This document shows positions 10,801-19,818 of a DNA stretch of 64,000 nucleotides, piece by piece. The DNA comes from Haliotis cracherodii (Eukaryota). A program made the translations under genes and the position numbers. The notes beneath the pieces are model-generated. The model saw nothing but the letters and a program-made list of their open reading frames with translations, was not told where the DNA came from and made no database searches. The stretch spans positions 63,426,001 through 63,490,000 of the forward strand of contig NW_027266286.1 in the NCBI RefSeq assembly GCF_022045235.1, read 5' to 3'. The stretch's first letter is position 1. Each line of letters starts with the position of its first letter.

Positions 10801-11680
10801 ATGGATGAAGCCCTACATTGACTTTAACACTCAGAAACGAAAAGAAGCCACGGATGACTTTTCGAAAGATTTGTTTAAACTGCTCTCGAATGCCGTGTAT
10901 GGGAAACAGTTGCAAAATGTAAGAAATTACAAACAAATTGAATTAATTGCGACCGAGGAAAGACTGCGACGGTTTTCATCAAAACCCAATTTCAAAAGTG
11001 TAAACATCTTTTCGGAAAATTTGGTCGTGGTGAGCATGGAAAAGGTGTCTGTGACTTTGAACCAACCCGTCGCCGTTGGCTTCACCGTTTTGGAACACGC
11101 AAAAAGACTTCTTTATGACTTTCACTACAATGTCATGTTGAAGGAATACGATAGTGACAATGTCAGGGTCCTCATGACAGACACGGATAGCTTGTTTTAT
11201 CAAATCTGGTCCCCCGTGGGTACTCCTGTCCGCGATCCTCAAGACTTTATGTCAGCTAACACCCACCTCTTTGACACCTCAAACTATCCTGTAGACCACC
11301 CACTTCATTCCATGGAAAGACACAAAGTCATCGGTTTGATGAAAGATGAAGTGGGTGGCAAAACCATCAGAGAGTTTGTCGGACTTCGCCCCAAAAACTA
11401 TAGTTTTATTTTTGACAAAACTCCCGGTGAAAGGGTAGAGAAACGCACTGCTAAAGGTGTGCAGAAAGCTTTTGTCCGAAACCATCTGCGTCACCGGATG
11501 TTTAAAGATTGTCTTTTTAAACACCAACAAAACATGGCAACATTTCATCAAATTCGATCCATTCATAACACACTCTTGACAGTCAAAGTGACCAAATTGG
11601 GTTTAACTCCTCAAGATGATAAGCGATACTTGCTGGCAGATGGCATCGAATCTCGACCCTATGGATTCAACCCTACTTAG
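7811..11680 (+). CDS. polB: Protein-primed family B DNA polymerase with N-terminal zinc fingers, OTU-like domain and HNH/EndoVII insert
   Basis: 1289 aa, uninterrupted. ExoI IYCDFES, ExoII HNASRYDNH, motif A YFDINNLYG, motif B KLLSNAVYGK, motif C TDTDSL. Three N-terminal C2HC/C2H2 fingers and an insert CYLC...DHDHLTGRVRGLCHNYCN. Confidence 0.97.
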   Translation: MSTPFTTPVYTCEFCQNSYSNKQNIVRHQRNCGPASKHFDCQICSKSFNRSDNLQRHIKSQHKDPQPSTSTSTFTFTCHTCSTTFPSVKDLTKHRRQTHSNQQSGGGAAAKRRKTNVDNQQSCSRQAINENVREFDFIPQGQEGNDPYYYFVKIQPDMIHHLKTEIETKHSIKWGLCTQFRFSKTNSDGLTTFSEPYFRTKMSPATQADDLDALYAEVINTIMKLMDNYEGDSSNLNFETVLSVKLSVVKFQPFRGSSYLPLPPSLEKKHCLLDIKNVDDNLCFAYCVLAHLFPAQSQLVREQVSHYKDKLHELDLKGCEFPMSLSHISKFEKTNNVSINVYGFDEDENQQHVIFPLRISSVTSEVPKERHIDLLLLTQEVEEEDEPPLSHYVLISSLPALIRKTGDCHSKFICRKCLWSFTAEDRLQRHTPYCYHKAQRIKMPEPNKAFRTFGLGHYAKTVKVPFVIYCDFESVLSPLEHNETPGRRGSHHHVHEHIPCGYSYQIVCREPDMYSFPLRTYSGERASEHFMTHLLEDYDQIMDILNHPVPMTLTDEEKLAFVSETHCYLCGEKVQKNERHIDHDHLTGRVRGLCHNYCNVNYNEAKFVNVICHNASRYDNHLILQAAELFADRKLTCIGQNSEHFIMFQIDQLRFLDSFKFLNTSLQNLANNLRSKGEEEFVYLAKNFPEHVALLTRKLPYFYEYVDSFEKLDRTEFPSRDDFYSSLSEDTISERDYAFARHIWETFKITSVRQFMELYVAVDTLILTDVFEAFRDMCLSYYRLDPCQYFTLPGMAMDACLLMTGVSLDLMTDPDMYNFVSNAVRGGVASINHRHAQANNKHMSDFDPSKPESHLMYFDINNLYGAAMSCPLPQGHFDWVDETEIESIDWLQLDPEGSVGYIVECDLEYQRHLHSVHQSLPLAPTKESIPFEDMSPYHRELLAELGIKGVKATGTKLFGTLKDKENYIIYFATLQQYLQLGLKLKKVHKVLKFTQSKWMKPYIDFNTQKRKEATDDFSKDLFKLLSNAVYGKQLQNVRNYKQIELIATEERLRRFSSKPNFKSVNIFSENLVVVSMEKVSVTLNQPVAVGFTVLEHAKRLLYDFHYNVMLKEYDSDNVRVLMTDTDSLFYQIWSPVGTPVRDPQDFMSANTHLFDTSNYPVDHPLHSMERHKVIGLMKDEVGGKTIREFVGLRPKNYSFIFDKTPGERVEKRTAKGVQKAFVRNHLRHRMFKDCLFKHQQNMATFHQIRSIHNTLLTVKVTKLGLTPQDDKRYLLADGIESRPYGFNPT

Positions 11681-11761
11681 AACTTTGTAACTAACATTCC
11701 CCATTCCAAGAAAATATGAGAAAAATGAGATCGTCTAGCAAACAATGACCACATCCACGAA

Positions 11762-12751
11762 ATGATGAAACCTCTGGAGTGTTCCTCGACACGTGAAAGG
11801 TAGTAAACACATTTCATTTTTGTTGTTTTTAAAAATACTTTCGGAAAAATATGTTGTGAAATAAAAAATTTAAAAACAGTTAGTAATGAAAGCTAGAAAA
11901 AAAATGGCAGAAACAAAATAGGTTTGACATCAACACATAAAAAAATTGGTTTGACATAAAACTGAAAATAGATTTTATCAAAAGAAAAAACAAACAAAAA
12001 ACAAACAAATAAAATAAAACACTAGAAATATGTTTGAGAGTAACAAAATATGTTTGATAAAAAAAATCAAAACTCATACAGAAAAAAAAAATGTCCAGGA
12101 TATAAAGTTTAAAAAAAATTTAAAAAAATGTTTTTTTCTATAAACAGGATGAGTGGACGAGCAACTTCCTACCACTACAGGGTGAGAGGGGGAAGAGGAG
12201 AACTTATCCGAGATGGGGCACAATCGAGACGATCTCTCCTTGCTGCTTATCTTGCTGGATGTCGATCTTTGGAGAGAACCCTGAGAACTCATCGTCAACG
12301 GAATAGCACATCAGCGGATATATTAACAGGACCTTTCACTATTAGCGTCCGGGAAGTGAGTATTCCCGAACCAAATCATAATCTTCGATCAAACAGAGAA
12401 CAATTTGAAATGGTCCTTGAAAAGCTTTACTTGGACCGCCTATGTGTCAAAGTGAATGAATTGTGCAATAGTAATTGTTATGGGTGTGAGATAAATCACC
12501 CATCGCAACGCAATCATCAGTGTTTGATGATGGAGCCGGATGAACGTGCGATGATGTACTTTGACGATGCTTTAGAAGCTGTGTCCCATGGCAACATCCT
12601 CGAAGAGGCGAGGACACAAAAGAATTCTTCTGGAGTTGACTTCCTGGACATTCAAAACCTGCCTTATGAGAATGTTGATGACTTGAACAGACATTTTTTA
12701 ACTTCCAGTAGGAAGGAACGATTGGAGGCCAAATTGATTGCGATCATATGA
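11762..12751 (+). CDS. Polinton hypothetical protein with CxxC...HxC motif, probably spliced (11762-11799 + 12148-12751)
   Basis: Motif CYGCEINHPSQRNHQCLM. Donor AG|GTAGTA at 11800 and acceptor AAACAG| at 12147 join in frame. Alternatively the gene starts at ATG 12149. Confidence 0.7.
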
Positions 12752-13212
12752 TGAGATCATGAAAGTATTCATTTACGTATCATAAATTGATGAAACAATG
12801 CATAGTCAGTGAATTGATTTGATATATTGTAAATAAATAATATGTCTGTTACTCAGTGTGAATAAAAGTTAGAATAAAAGAATAATGTGTTCTTTTCATG
12901 CGTGTTTGTCTTTCTTTGTCGAATGTATTATGAACAAGAGATAACAGAAAGGTTATCAGAGAGAGTTTGAATAGTATTCAACCCATAAATATACTACATA
13001 AACACCCACTCAACAACCAATGAAATGTTTTTTTCATGTAGATCCAATCATCAAAGGTTTTCATGAACACGTGATCAACAAACTAACCAACCAACCAATG
13101 AATTTGAAATAATAGAATAGTGTCATGCTCGTCATTGCGCTTAAATCACACGCATTTCATCCTGTACCTTCAGAGACTCGAGTTGTGTCAGAAAAAACAC
13201 GGTTACTGTATC

Positions 13213-14043
13213 ATGGAAACAAGGTTAGTGTTCACTCCATTTTGATTTACAATTAACATAGCTAATTTCTTTTAAGTTGTTAATCATAGTTTTAGTATTC
13301 ACTCGACATAGATATTGCCTTTTAATTTGTTAATGCTGGTATTTGTCACTTTTTGGTTTTTAAAGAATAAAATAAATAAATATCAAAGAGCTGTCGCAGA
13401 AATTCTAAATTCAGTCATTCTATCTTTAAACAGAGTGGGAAGAAAAGACAAATCTACTTTCTATTGCTGGAAGCAGGTCGTGAAAATGCCGCACACCCTA
13501 AACGAGGCAGTCATTCGTCAATCTCACGAATGGTTTCCAAGTCGAGACGAATGCGTGAAGGATGCCAAGCGCAAGTTTGAAGACGAATTCAACGTCACGA
13601 AGCGAGTCATCATCAAGAAATCTCGCTGGGCACTGTCCGCGGACGAGGTCGCTATGGCGGAGAAGATGAAACTCGTGGAAAACCTGTTGACTTTATGCTA
13701 CTGTATTCAAGTCACCAAGATAATCAAACGACTGTCTCGTGAACTGTGTTTCGGGTGCATGTTCGATGCGGAAGGTGAACGGGACCACACCTGCAACATG
13801 TCTGAACAACAACTGGTGGAGAAATACTTTAACATGACATTATCCGACGTAGACGATGTAGAGGTGCACGAAAGCTGGAGAAAACTGCAGCTAGAAGACC
13901 CGAGTTTTCGAGATGTGAGGGACTTTAACTTGGTCCCGTATCGATGCAAAGACTATCGTGACTCTCAATTTAAAACGTCTCAATGGAAGGAGGGATTGAA
14001 AGAACGGGTCGAGAAAATGTTAAAGTTAGACAAAAGAATGTGA
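13213..14043 (+). CDS. Polinton hypothetical protein, paralog of the preceding gene, spliced (13213-13223 + 13434-14043)
   Basis: Motif CFGCMFDAEGERDHTCNM...YFN. ATG GAA ACA AG|GTTAGT ... TTAAACAG|A GTG GGA joins in frame (METRVGRK...). CCAAT boxes lie upstream. Confidence 0.75.
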
Positions 14044-14249
14044 ATGTACATTTTTAGAAAAATAACCTTTTGACAGCCGAATGGTGAGATGTTTTCTCGA
14101 GCGTTATGTTTGTTTGTTTATTTTAAGTATGATATTGAAAATAAAAATCAATGTCGAAAATTTGTTTTGTTTTGTATTTCATCTTCAGACACGCATAGAT
14201 GACAATGATATAAAACGAAACATCATCCTTTATATTCTATCATTACACG

Positions 14250-15353
14250 ATGAGCTCGAGAGAGATAACTTCTGACAAAGTACTGGAAGATTATTATTTC
14301 ACTCCCAGAAATCCGGGGGCGTTTTGGGGTCCGGGTAAACTCAAAAAGGTGTTGAAAGGTCAATTGAAAGTTCCAGCGAGGGGTGTCAGACGGTTTGTCA
14401 ACAATCAAGATGCTTACAGTTTACACAAACCCGTCAGATACCGTTTCAAACGAATGAAAGTCAGAGTGAATTCTATCCACGAAATGTTTGACGTGGATTT
14501 GGCCGACCTGTCTAGGTTTACGAAGTGGAACGATGGTGTGAGATACTTGCTGGTGGCCATCGACATATTGAGCCGCTTTGCATTCGCCCTTCCGTTAAAC
14601 GATAAGAAACCAGAAACCGTCTTGAAAGCTTTCAAACAAATCCTCGAGCAGCGACGTCCCGAGAAAGTGAGAGTAGATGGTGGAAGCGAATTTAAGGGCG
14701 CGTTCAAGATGTTTTTACAAAAACAAAAGATAAAACTCACCATAGCTCGCAACGAAAACATCAAAAGTAATTACGTGGAACGTTTCAACAGAACACTGAA
14801 ATCGCTGATCACCAGATACATGACCCACAATAACACCAAACATTATCTGGATGTTCTGGCGGATTTAGTATCCAATTATAATCATACCCTACATTCTTCT
14901 CTACCACGTCTCTCTCCGGCAGATGTCGATAAAACCAACAAAGTGAAAGTGTGGAATCACGTCTATCTGGAACCTCTGAGAAAAGTCAAACCCGTCATCA
15001 AGAAATACTTATTTAAATTGGGCGACCTGGTTCGCATCTCATACCTCAGGAAACCTTTCAGCAAGGAACTCGATCTCAAGTGGACGGAAGAACTGTTTAA
15101 AGTGGCCCAACGTTACAAGAAACAAACCTTCCCTCAGTACAAGCTGAAAGATTTTCACGACGAACCCCTGGAAGGCAGCTTTTACGCGAGCGAACTGCAG
15201 AAGGTCGACAAAGCTGCGGATGTCTTGTGGCAGGTGGAGAAAATTCTGAAGAGAAAAAAAGTGAAAGGGAAAACCTACGCTCTCGTACGTTGGCTCGGCT
15301 GGCCTTCGTCTTTTGATTCCTACGTAGAAGAGAGCGAACTGAAAGACCTCTAA
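14250..15353 (+). CDS. int: Retroviral-type (rve) DDE integrase with C-terminal chromodomain
   Basis: Catalytic triad in FDVDLAD / RVDGGSEF / VERFNRTLK, and chromo-like VEKILKRK...LVRWLGWPSSFDSYV. Consistent with the 6-bp TSD. Confidence 0.97.
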   Translation: MSSREITSDKVLEDYYFTPRNPGAFWGPGKLKKVLKGQLKVPARGVRRFVNNQDAYSLHKPVRYRFKRMKVRVNSIHEMFDVDLADLSRFTKWNDGVRYLLVAIDILSRFAFALPLNDKKPETVLKAFKQILEQRRPEKVRVDGGSEFKGAFKMFLQKQKIKLTIARNENIKSNYVERFNRTLKSLITRYMTHNNTKHYLDVLADLVSNYNHTLHSSLPRLSPADVDKTNKVKVWNHVYLEPLRKVKPVIKKYLFKLGDLVRISYLRKPFSKELDLKWTEELFKVAQRYKKQTFPQYKLKDFHDEPLEGSFYASELQKVDKAADVLWQVEKILKRKKVKGKTYALVRWLGWPSSFDSYVEESELKDL

Positions 15354-15377
15354 AATAAAAAAAATAAAAAATACACA

Positions 15378-15812
15378 ATGGAAAAGTACATCTTTCTGAA
15401 AAGCACCGATTCCAAAAGGACAGCCTTTCCGGAGAATTCTCCTTATCACTTCCGCGTCAAATTAAATCAAAGGTTAACCTTCGACGGATTCTGGACGGTG
15501 TCTTTGGTCGAGCTCAATTTTGGAAAGCTTAATCGGACAAATATCGCCGGTGGTGACCCCTACGTGGACGTGTTATGCAACTTAGGCGACAGTTCGTTGG
15601 TGGGGGAAACTCAACTGGCCTTATTGAGACGTATCGATCTGAGACAGGGACCCTCGTACACTTTTGGTACCGAATTTAACATTCGTATCAAATTGAAAGA
15701 AACCGACAATATCGAGTTGTATTTAAAGTCGGCAAATACCTCCATGCCTTCATTCTTAACGGAGGAGACCTACGCCACACTTCATTTGAGACGTTATCCT
15801 TTCGTGGAGTAG
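15378..15812 (+). CDS. Minor capsid (penton-like, single jelly-roll) protein
   Basis: N-terminal S.DS...FPENSPYHFRVKL...L.FDGFWTVSLVEL and C-terminal TLHLRR are typical of Polinton minor capsid proteins. It lies next to the major capsid gene. Confidence 0.75.
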   Translation: MEKYIFLKSTDSKRTAFPENSPYHFRVKLNQRLTFDGFWTVSLVELNFGKLNRTNIAGGDPYVDVLCNLGDSSLVGETQLALLRRIDLRQGPSYTFGTEFNIRIKLKETDNIELYLKSANTSMPSFLTEETYATLHLRRYPFVE

Positions 15813-15822
15813 TAGGAGTATT

Positions 15823-16221
15823 GTGACCATGGATTCGTCTTCCCGTCCGCTGTACTTTCCCGACTACGCCAAGTTTAAACATTACTTTGACAAAAAGAGG
15901 TCGTCTAGACTAGTCAACGGGAAATTACAAAGGATGGTGATCCAACCCCATCGACCGACAGCAGCAGCAGCAGCAGCAGCACAAACAGCGCAACGGTCAG
16001 ATGCATCTAAGATGGTCGTTCAAATGACTTCCGAATCCCAGAGCGAGGTTGACAGGGCAGAGGCTCAAGGCAAGAGGGTGAAGGCTTTAAAACGAAAGGC
16101 AGGAGTCAAATGCGTCACTACGAAGAAAATTCGTCGAACTGACAACATCAACGCCACACCTTCCAAGACGGCAAAAGTGCTCAAGTGTACCCCGGTGAAA
16201 GAAGACGATATCTTTAGTTAA
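15823..16221 (+). CDS. Small basic protein, candidate virion core/DNA-condensing protein
   Basis: Lys/Arg-rich, about 130 aa, tightly packed between the penton and major capsid genes. Function is inferred. Confidence 0.6.
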   Translation: MTMDSSSRPLYFPDYAKFKHYFDKKRSSRLVNGKLQRMVIQPHRPTAAAAAAAQTAQRSDASKMVVQMTSESQSEVDRAEAQGKRVKALKRKAGVKCVTTKKIRRTDNINATPSKTAKVLKCTPVKEDDIFS

Positions 16222-16229
16222 AAGTAATC

Positions 16230-17531
16230 ATGGCTCTGTTGAACGATAAAGAATTCGAAGAGCTGGTGCCAGAAACTTTGAACCTCTTCACTCTACCCCC
16301 TTATCAGACTAGCGTTCAGAAACATTACTTCGTCAACGTTCGCCCTTTGAGCCAAATCAACGATTCCACGCCTTTGGAATTTCACGTGTCCAATTCCGGA
16401 GGCGACTACGTCGATTTGAAGCGCACCCGTCTACACCTCAAAGTCAAAGTCACTCAAACGGACGGTACGGCTTTGGCAGAAGATGAAAACGTGGCCCCCG
16501 TGAATTTGTTTTTGCAGTCGCTTTTTTCTCAAGTGACGGTCTACCTGCAGAATCAGCTAGTGTCTTCCACCAACAACCATTACGCTTACAAAAGTATGAT
16601 GAAGACCCTGTTGGAGTATGGACACGAGGCCAAGAGCACCCAGTTGACCACGCAGCTGTTCTACAAGGACGTAGCCGAACAAAACTCTGACCTGGAGAGC
16701 AGCAACGTCACCGGATCTATCAACGGTGGAATGTCGTCGAGAGCCTCCTACATAGCGGACAGCAAAGTACTGACCATGTCGGGACCCATCTACGAAGATA
16801 TCTTCGACGTTAACCGTTACCTGATGAACGAGGTAGACCTGACATTGAAGATGTACAGATCGGATCCTAAATTCTGCTTGATGAGCAGCGTGATCGACCA
16901 CGAATTCAAAGTTCAGATCTTGGACGCCTACCTGCAGGTGTGCAAAGTCAAAGTAAACCCCGCCCTGATCTTGGCTCACAACGAACTCTTCGAAAAGTCC
17001 AACGCCCTCTACCCGTACACCAAAACCGAGGTCAAGGTCACCAGCATCCCCACCAGCCAGCAGACGCACTCCATCGACAACGTGTCCAACCCGGTGGCCA
17101 ACAGATACATCGTGGGACTGGTGGAGAGCGCCAGTTTGAACGGGTCGTATGCCGGAAACCCCTTTAATTTCAAGTCCTCCATGCTTAAAAAAGTGACCCT
17201 GTACGTCGACGGCGTCAGTGTGCCCAGTCAACCCACGGAGGCGGACGATGTCGAGTCTTACGTCAACATGCTCGACGGCATGGATCTCTGGAAGAAGGAC
17301 GAAGGAAACGCCATCACCAGAAGCGACTTTCTCTTGGGGAGCGCCTTGTTCGTCTTCGACCTGGACAAGATGTGCGAAGATTCGGAGTACCTCAACCTGG
17401 TGAAATCAGGCACCGTCAGGTTGGAACTGGAATTTAAATCGGCACTGATCAATCCTCTCAGTTGCGTCGTCTTGACTCAGAGGAATTCCCTCATCGAAAT
17501 CGACCGAGCCCGCAACGTGTTCGTCAAGTAA
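16230..17531 (+). CDS. Major capsid protein (double jelly-roll, Polinton PY/hexon-like)
   Basis: 433 aa with LNLFTLPPYQTS...PLEF...DYVDLKRTRLHLKVKV, PVNLFLQSLFSQV, YAYKSMMKTLL, NPFNF, FVFDL and IEID..RNV, motifs of the Polinton major capsid family. Confidence 0.92.
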   Translation: MALLNDKEFEELVPETLNLFTLPPYQTSVQKHYFVNVRPLSQINDSTPLEFHVSNSGGDYVDLKRTRLHLKVKVTQTDGTALAEDENVAPVNLFLQSLFSQVTVYLQNQLVSSTNNHYAYKSMMKTLLEYGHEAKSTQLTTQLFYKDVAEQNSDLESSNVTGSINGGMSSRASYIADSKVLTMSGPIYEDIFDVNRYLMNEVDLTLKMYRSDPKFCLMSSVIDHEFKVQILDAYLQVCKVKVNPALILAHNELFEKSNALYPYTKTEVKVTSIPTSQQTHSIDNVSNPVANRYIVGLVESASLNGSYAGNPFNFKSSMLKKVTLYVDGVSVPSQPTEADDVESYVNMLDGMDLWKKDEGNAITRSDFLLGSALFVFDLDKMCEDSEYLNLVKSGTVRLELEFKSALINPLSCVVLTQRNSLIEIDRARNVFVK

Positions 17532-17539
17532 GCGAGGCG

Positions 17540-18040
17540 ATGAAGGCTTCTCAGTTGATGTGCGCCATACAGTGCGACTCGAGCTTACAGAGACACGTGT
17601 TAGGCGTTTATGCAAAAGATACTTTACCCGTGCTCTCCCCTTCTTTGCTGAAAAAGGGAGTCGGTCTCATCGTCAATACGGATGTTAGACAAAACAGAGG
17701 TCGCCACTGGATTGCTATGTATCTCCGAGGAAACAACAGAGCAGAACTGTTTGACAGTTTGGCAGAACCGGTTGACGTTGTATTCGATCGTTATTTAAAG
17801 TCCTACGTCGGTTCTTACACTCGCAATATTCAACAGTTACAATCTACAGGTTCCAAGGGCTGTGGGTTTTACTGCTTGTATTTTTTACTTTGTATATTTA
17901 AAGATCATTTAAGATTGAACCAGATTGTCCATCAGTTTGATGTCAATGAATTACAATGGAATGACGCCTTTGTCACTAGCTTCATTTGTAACTACTTCAA
18001 ATACTGCACTCATGTGAGCACTCCTTGTATTGATTTTTAA
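17540..18040 (+). CDS. Adenain-like cysteine maturation protease
   Basis: IVNTD...GRHWIA (His), ELFDSL (Asp), QLQ...CGFYC (Gln and Cys). The likely start is ATG 17540. Confidence 0.93.
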   Translation: MKASQLMCAIQCDSSLQRHVLGVYAKDTLPVLSPSLLKKGVGLIVNTDVRQNRGRHWIAMYLRGNNRAELFDSLAEPVDVVFDRYLKSYVGSYTRNIQQLQSTGSKGCGFYCLYFLLCIFKDHLRLNQIVHQFDVNELQWNDAFVTSFICNYFKYCTHVSTPCIDF

Positions 18041-18176
18041 AAATATTACCGTGCTTGTAAAAAAAAATAAAAAAAATAAAAAGTAGTTCAATTCCAATCA
18101 TATCTTTGTTGTGTATAAATAACTTTGACCGGTAGTCATTCGGATCAGTTCCGAGGTCGACAGCGGTAGAGATAAC

Positions 18177-18845
18177 ATGGAAGAAAAGAAGTGCCTGATA
18201 CCTTTTCACACACCAGCTACCATATCAGTGTTAGGTGGAACTTCGAGCGGAAAAACGTTTTGGACCGCTCGACTCTTAAAACAAGCCGATACCACGTTTG
18301 ATCCGCCACCCAACCTGATTATTTACTGTTACGCCGTCTGGCAAGATGTCTACAATGACATGGAAAGAACCATTCCAAATATTCGATTTCAAGATTCACT
18401 ACCTACAGAAGACGAGCTAAAATCTTACTCGTCAGAGTCGGGCAAACGATGTCTTCTCGTGACAGATGACTTCATGCAGCAAGTTTGCAAAAATCAGTTG
18501 TTTTTACATCTTTACACCACGCTATCGCATCATCTGGGGATTTCGGTCATCAACATACAACAATCCGCCTATCCCAAAGGAGAATGCAACAGAACCATGT
18601 CTCTGAACACCCATTACTTCGTTCTGCTATCCAACCCGCGTTCGGCGCACGAATACAAAATCTTGGCATCGCAAATATTTCCAGGACAGGCAAAATATTT
18701 TGCGGAATCCTTTCAAGATGCCGTTGGGGGAAAAAAATATGGGTATCTCGTTTTGGATGTTTCGCCTTATGCTGATCCGCAGTATGGTCGTTTGCGCACT
18801 GGAATATTTCCCGATGAAGTGTGTACGGTGTACTTGCCCCAGTGA
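18177..18845 (+). CDS. A32/FtsK-like genome packaging ATPase
   Basis: Walker A GGTSSGKT, Walker B LLVTDD, plus SHH, SLNTHY and YGYLVLD. Confidence 0.95.
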   Translation: MEEKKCLIPFHTPATISVLGGTSSGKTFWTARLLKQADTTFDPPPNLIIYCYAVWQDVYNDMERTIPNIRFQDSLPTEDELKSYSSESGKRCLLVTDDFMQQVCKNQLFLHLYTTLSHHLGISVINIQQSAYPKGECNRTMSLNTHYFVLLSNPRSAHEYKILASQIFPGQAKYFAESFQDAVGGKKYGYLVLDVSPYADPQYGRLRTGIFPDEVCTVYLPQ

Positions 18846-18955
18846 TGTTACTAAACAACAACAGCAAAAAAAAAGGTGATTTTGCACCGGGGCTCCAACA
18901 TTTCACTTTCAACCCTCGAAGCGAGCAGACCTTTCTCGTCGTCGTCGTCGTCATT

Positions 18956-19300
18956 ATGGATGTATGTGGAAGATTTGACGACGTAGTTCCAGACTGCGCC
19001 AAAGCAGACCTCTGTACTGAGGTGTATGGACAAAAGTTTAGTGACAGACTAAAGACTTTTGACAAGTGGCCACTGCAGATGAAGCAGTCACCAACATCCA
19101 TGGCTAAGGCCGGATTTATATACACTGGGCAATCTGATAAAGCCTACTGTTTCAAGTGCAAGCTACGCGTTCATCGTTGGATACCAGAAGATGATCCGAT
19201 GACCGAACATTTCCGACTCTCTCCTCACTGTAGCTATATCCACATGGTGGACGAGCCCCAAAGTCAACAAGAAAGGTTAGACCAAACAAAAATGCTATAA
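18956..19300 (+). CDS. Single-BIR inhibitor-of-apoptosis protein
   Basis: RLKTFDKWP...MAKAGFIYTGQSDKAYCFKC-x16-H-x6-C is a complete BIR fold. No RING domain. 114 aa from ATG 18956. Confidence 0.92.
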   Translation: MDVCGRFDDVVPDCAKADLCTEVYGQKFSDRLKTFDKWPLQMKQSPTSMAKAGFIYTGQSDKAYCFKCKLRVHRWIPEDDPMTEHFRLSPHCSYIHMVDEPQSQQERLDQTKML

Positions 19301-19350
19301 AACGACATCGGTCGACGCACGCTGGAACATTTGTGATCGACCATCTCAAC

Positions 19351-19818
19351 ATGAGTGAGCTACTAGAAAAACACGTGACTTTTCTTCTGATGTTGAACCA
19401 AGCTAATGCCGGACAAAGAAAAGCTTTGTTGAAACACGCGTCGGGCGACCAGTTTATGGCAGTGATTACTCTGATATTTAACATTCTGAGAGGAAACATA
19501 CACTTACCGGAAGAGGATAAAATACGACTGTCGCGACACAAGAAGTACATTCGTATCTTGGCCAGCAAGACGATCGGCCGACGCGTCAAACGGGAGTTGT
19601 TAATCACGCATCATTCGATTCTACCCATTTGCATAAGATCCTATCGATCCTACCTCTCAACCCTTCACGATGAGCAAGCCGATGATTCTTCTGACAAGGG
19701 ATACCTACCAGAGACTGATGTCCGAACAGGAAGAAGAACAGAAGAAGAAGAAGATGACAGCCAATCGGATAGCGAATCAAAATCATCGGACACCGGCACC
19801 TCCTCAGACAGCGAATGA
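19351..19818 (+). CDS. Conserved Polinton basic helical protein (resembles the adintovirus gasderminX/pX-like family) with acidic tail
   Basis: QRKALL...Q...I..NILRGNIHL...K.RL.RHKKYIR.LA pattern, recalled from Polinton structural modules. TATA at 19296. The family name is tentative. Confidence 0.65.
   Translation: MSELLEKHVTFLLMLNQANAGQRKALLKHASGDQFMAVITLIFNILRGNIHLPEEDKIRLSRHKKYIRILASKTIGRRVKRELLITHHSILPICIRSYRSYLSTLHDEQADDSSDKGYLPETDVRTGRRTEEEEDDSQSDSESKSSDTGTSSDSE

Noticed and set aside
16557-17231. 224-aa antisense ORF over the major capsid gene
   Set aside because: Shadow frame explained by C/G-ending codon bias of the capsid gene; no motifs.
17462-17539. N-terminal extension of the protease ORF, and similarly 18821-18955 for the IAP and 13315-13433
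   Set aside because: These come from non-ATG starts in the ORF track. They overlap upstream genes or introns, and better ATG or spliced starts exist.
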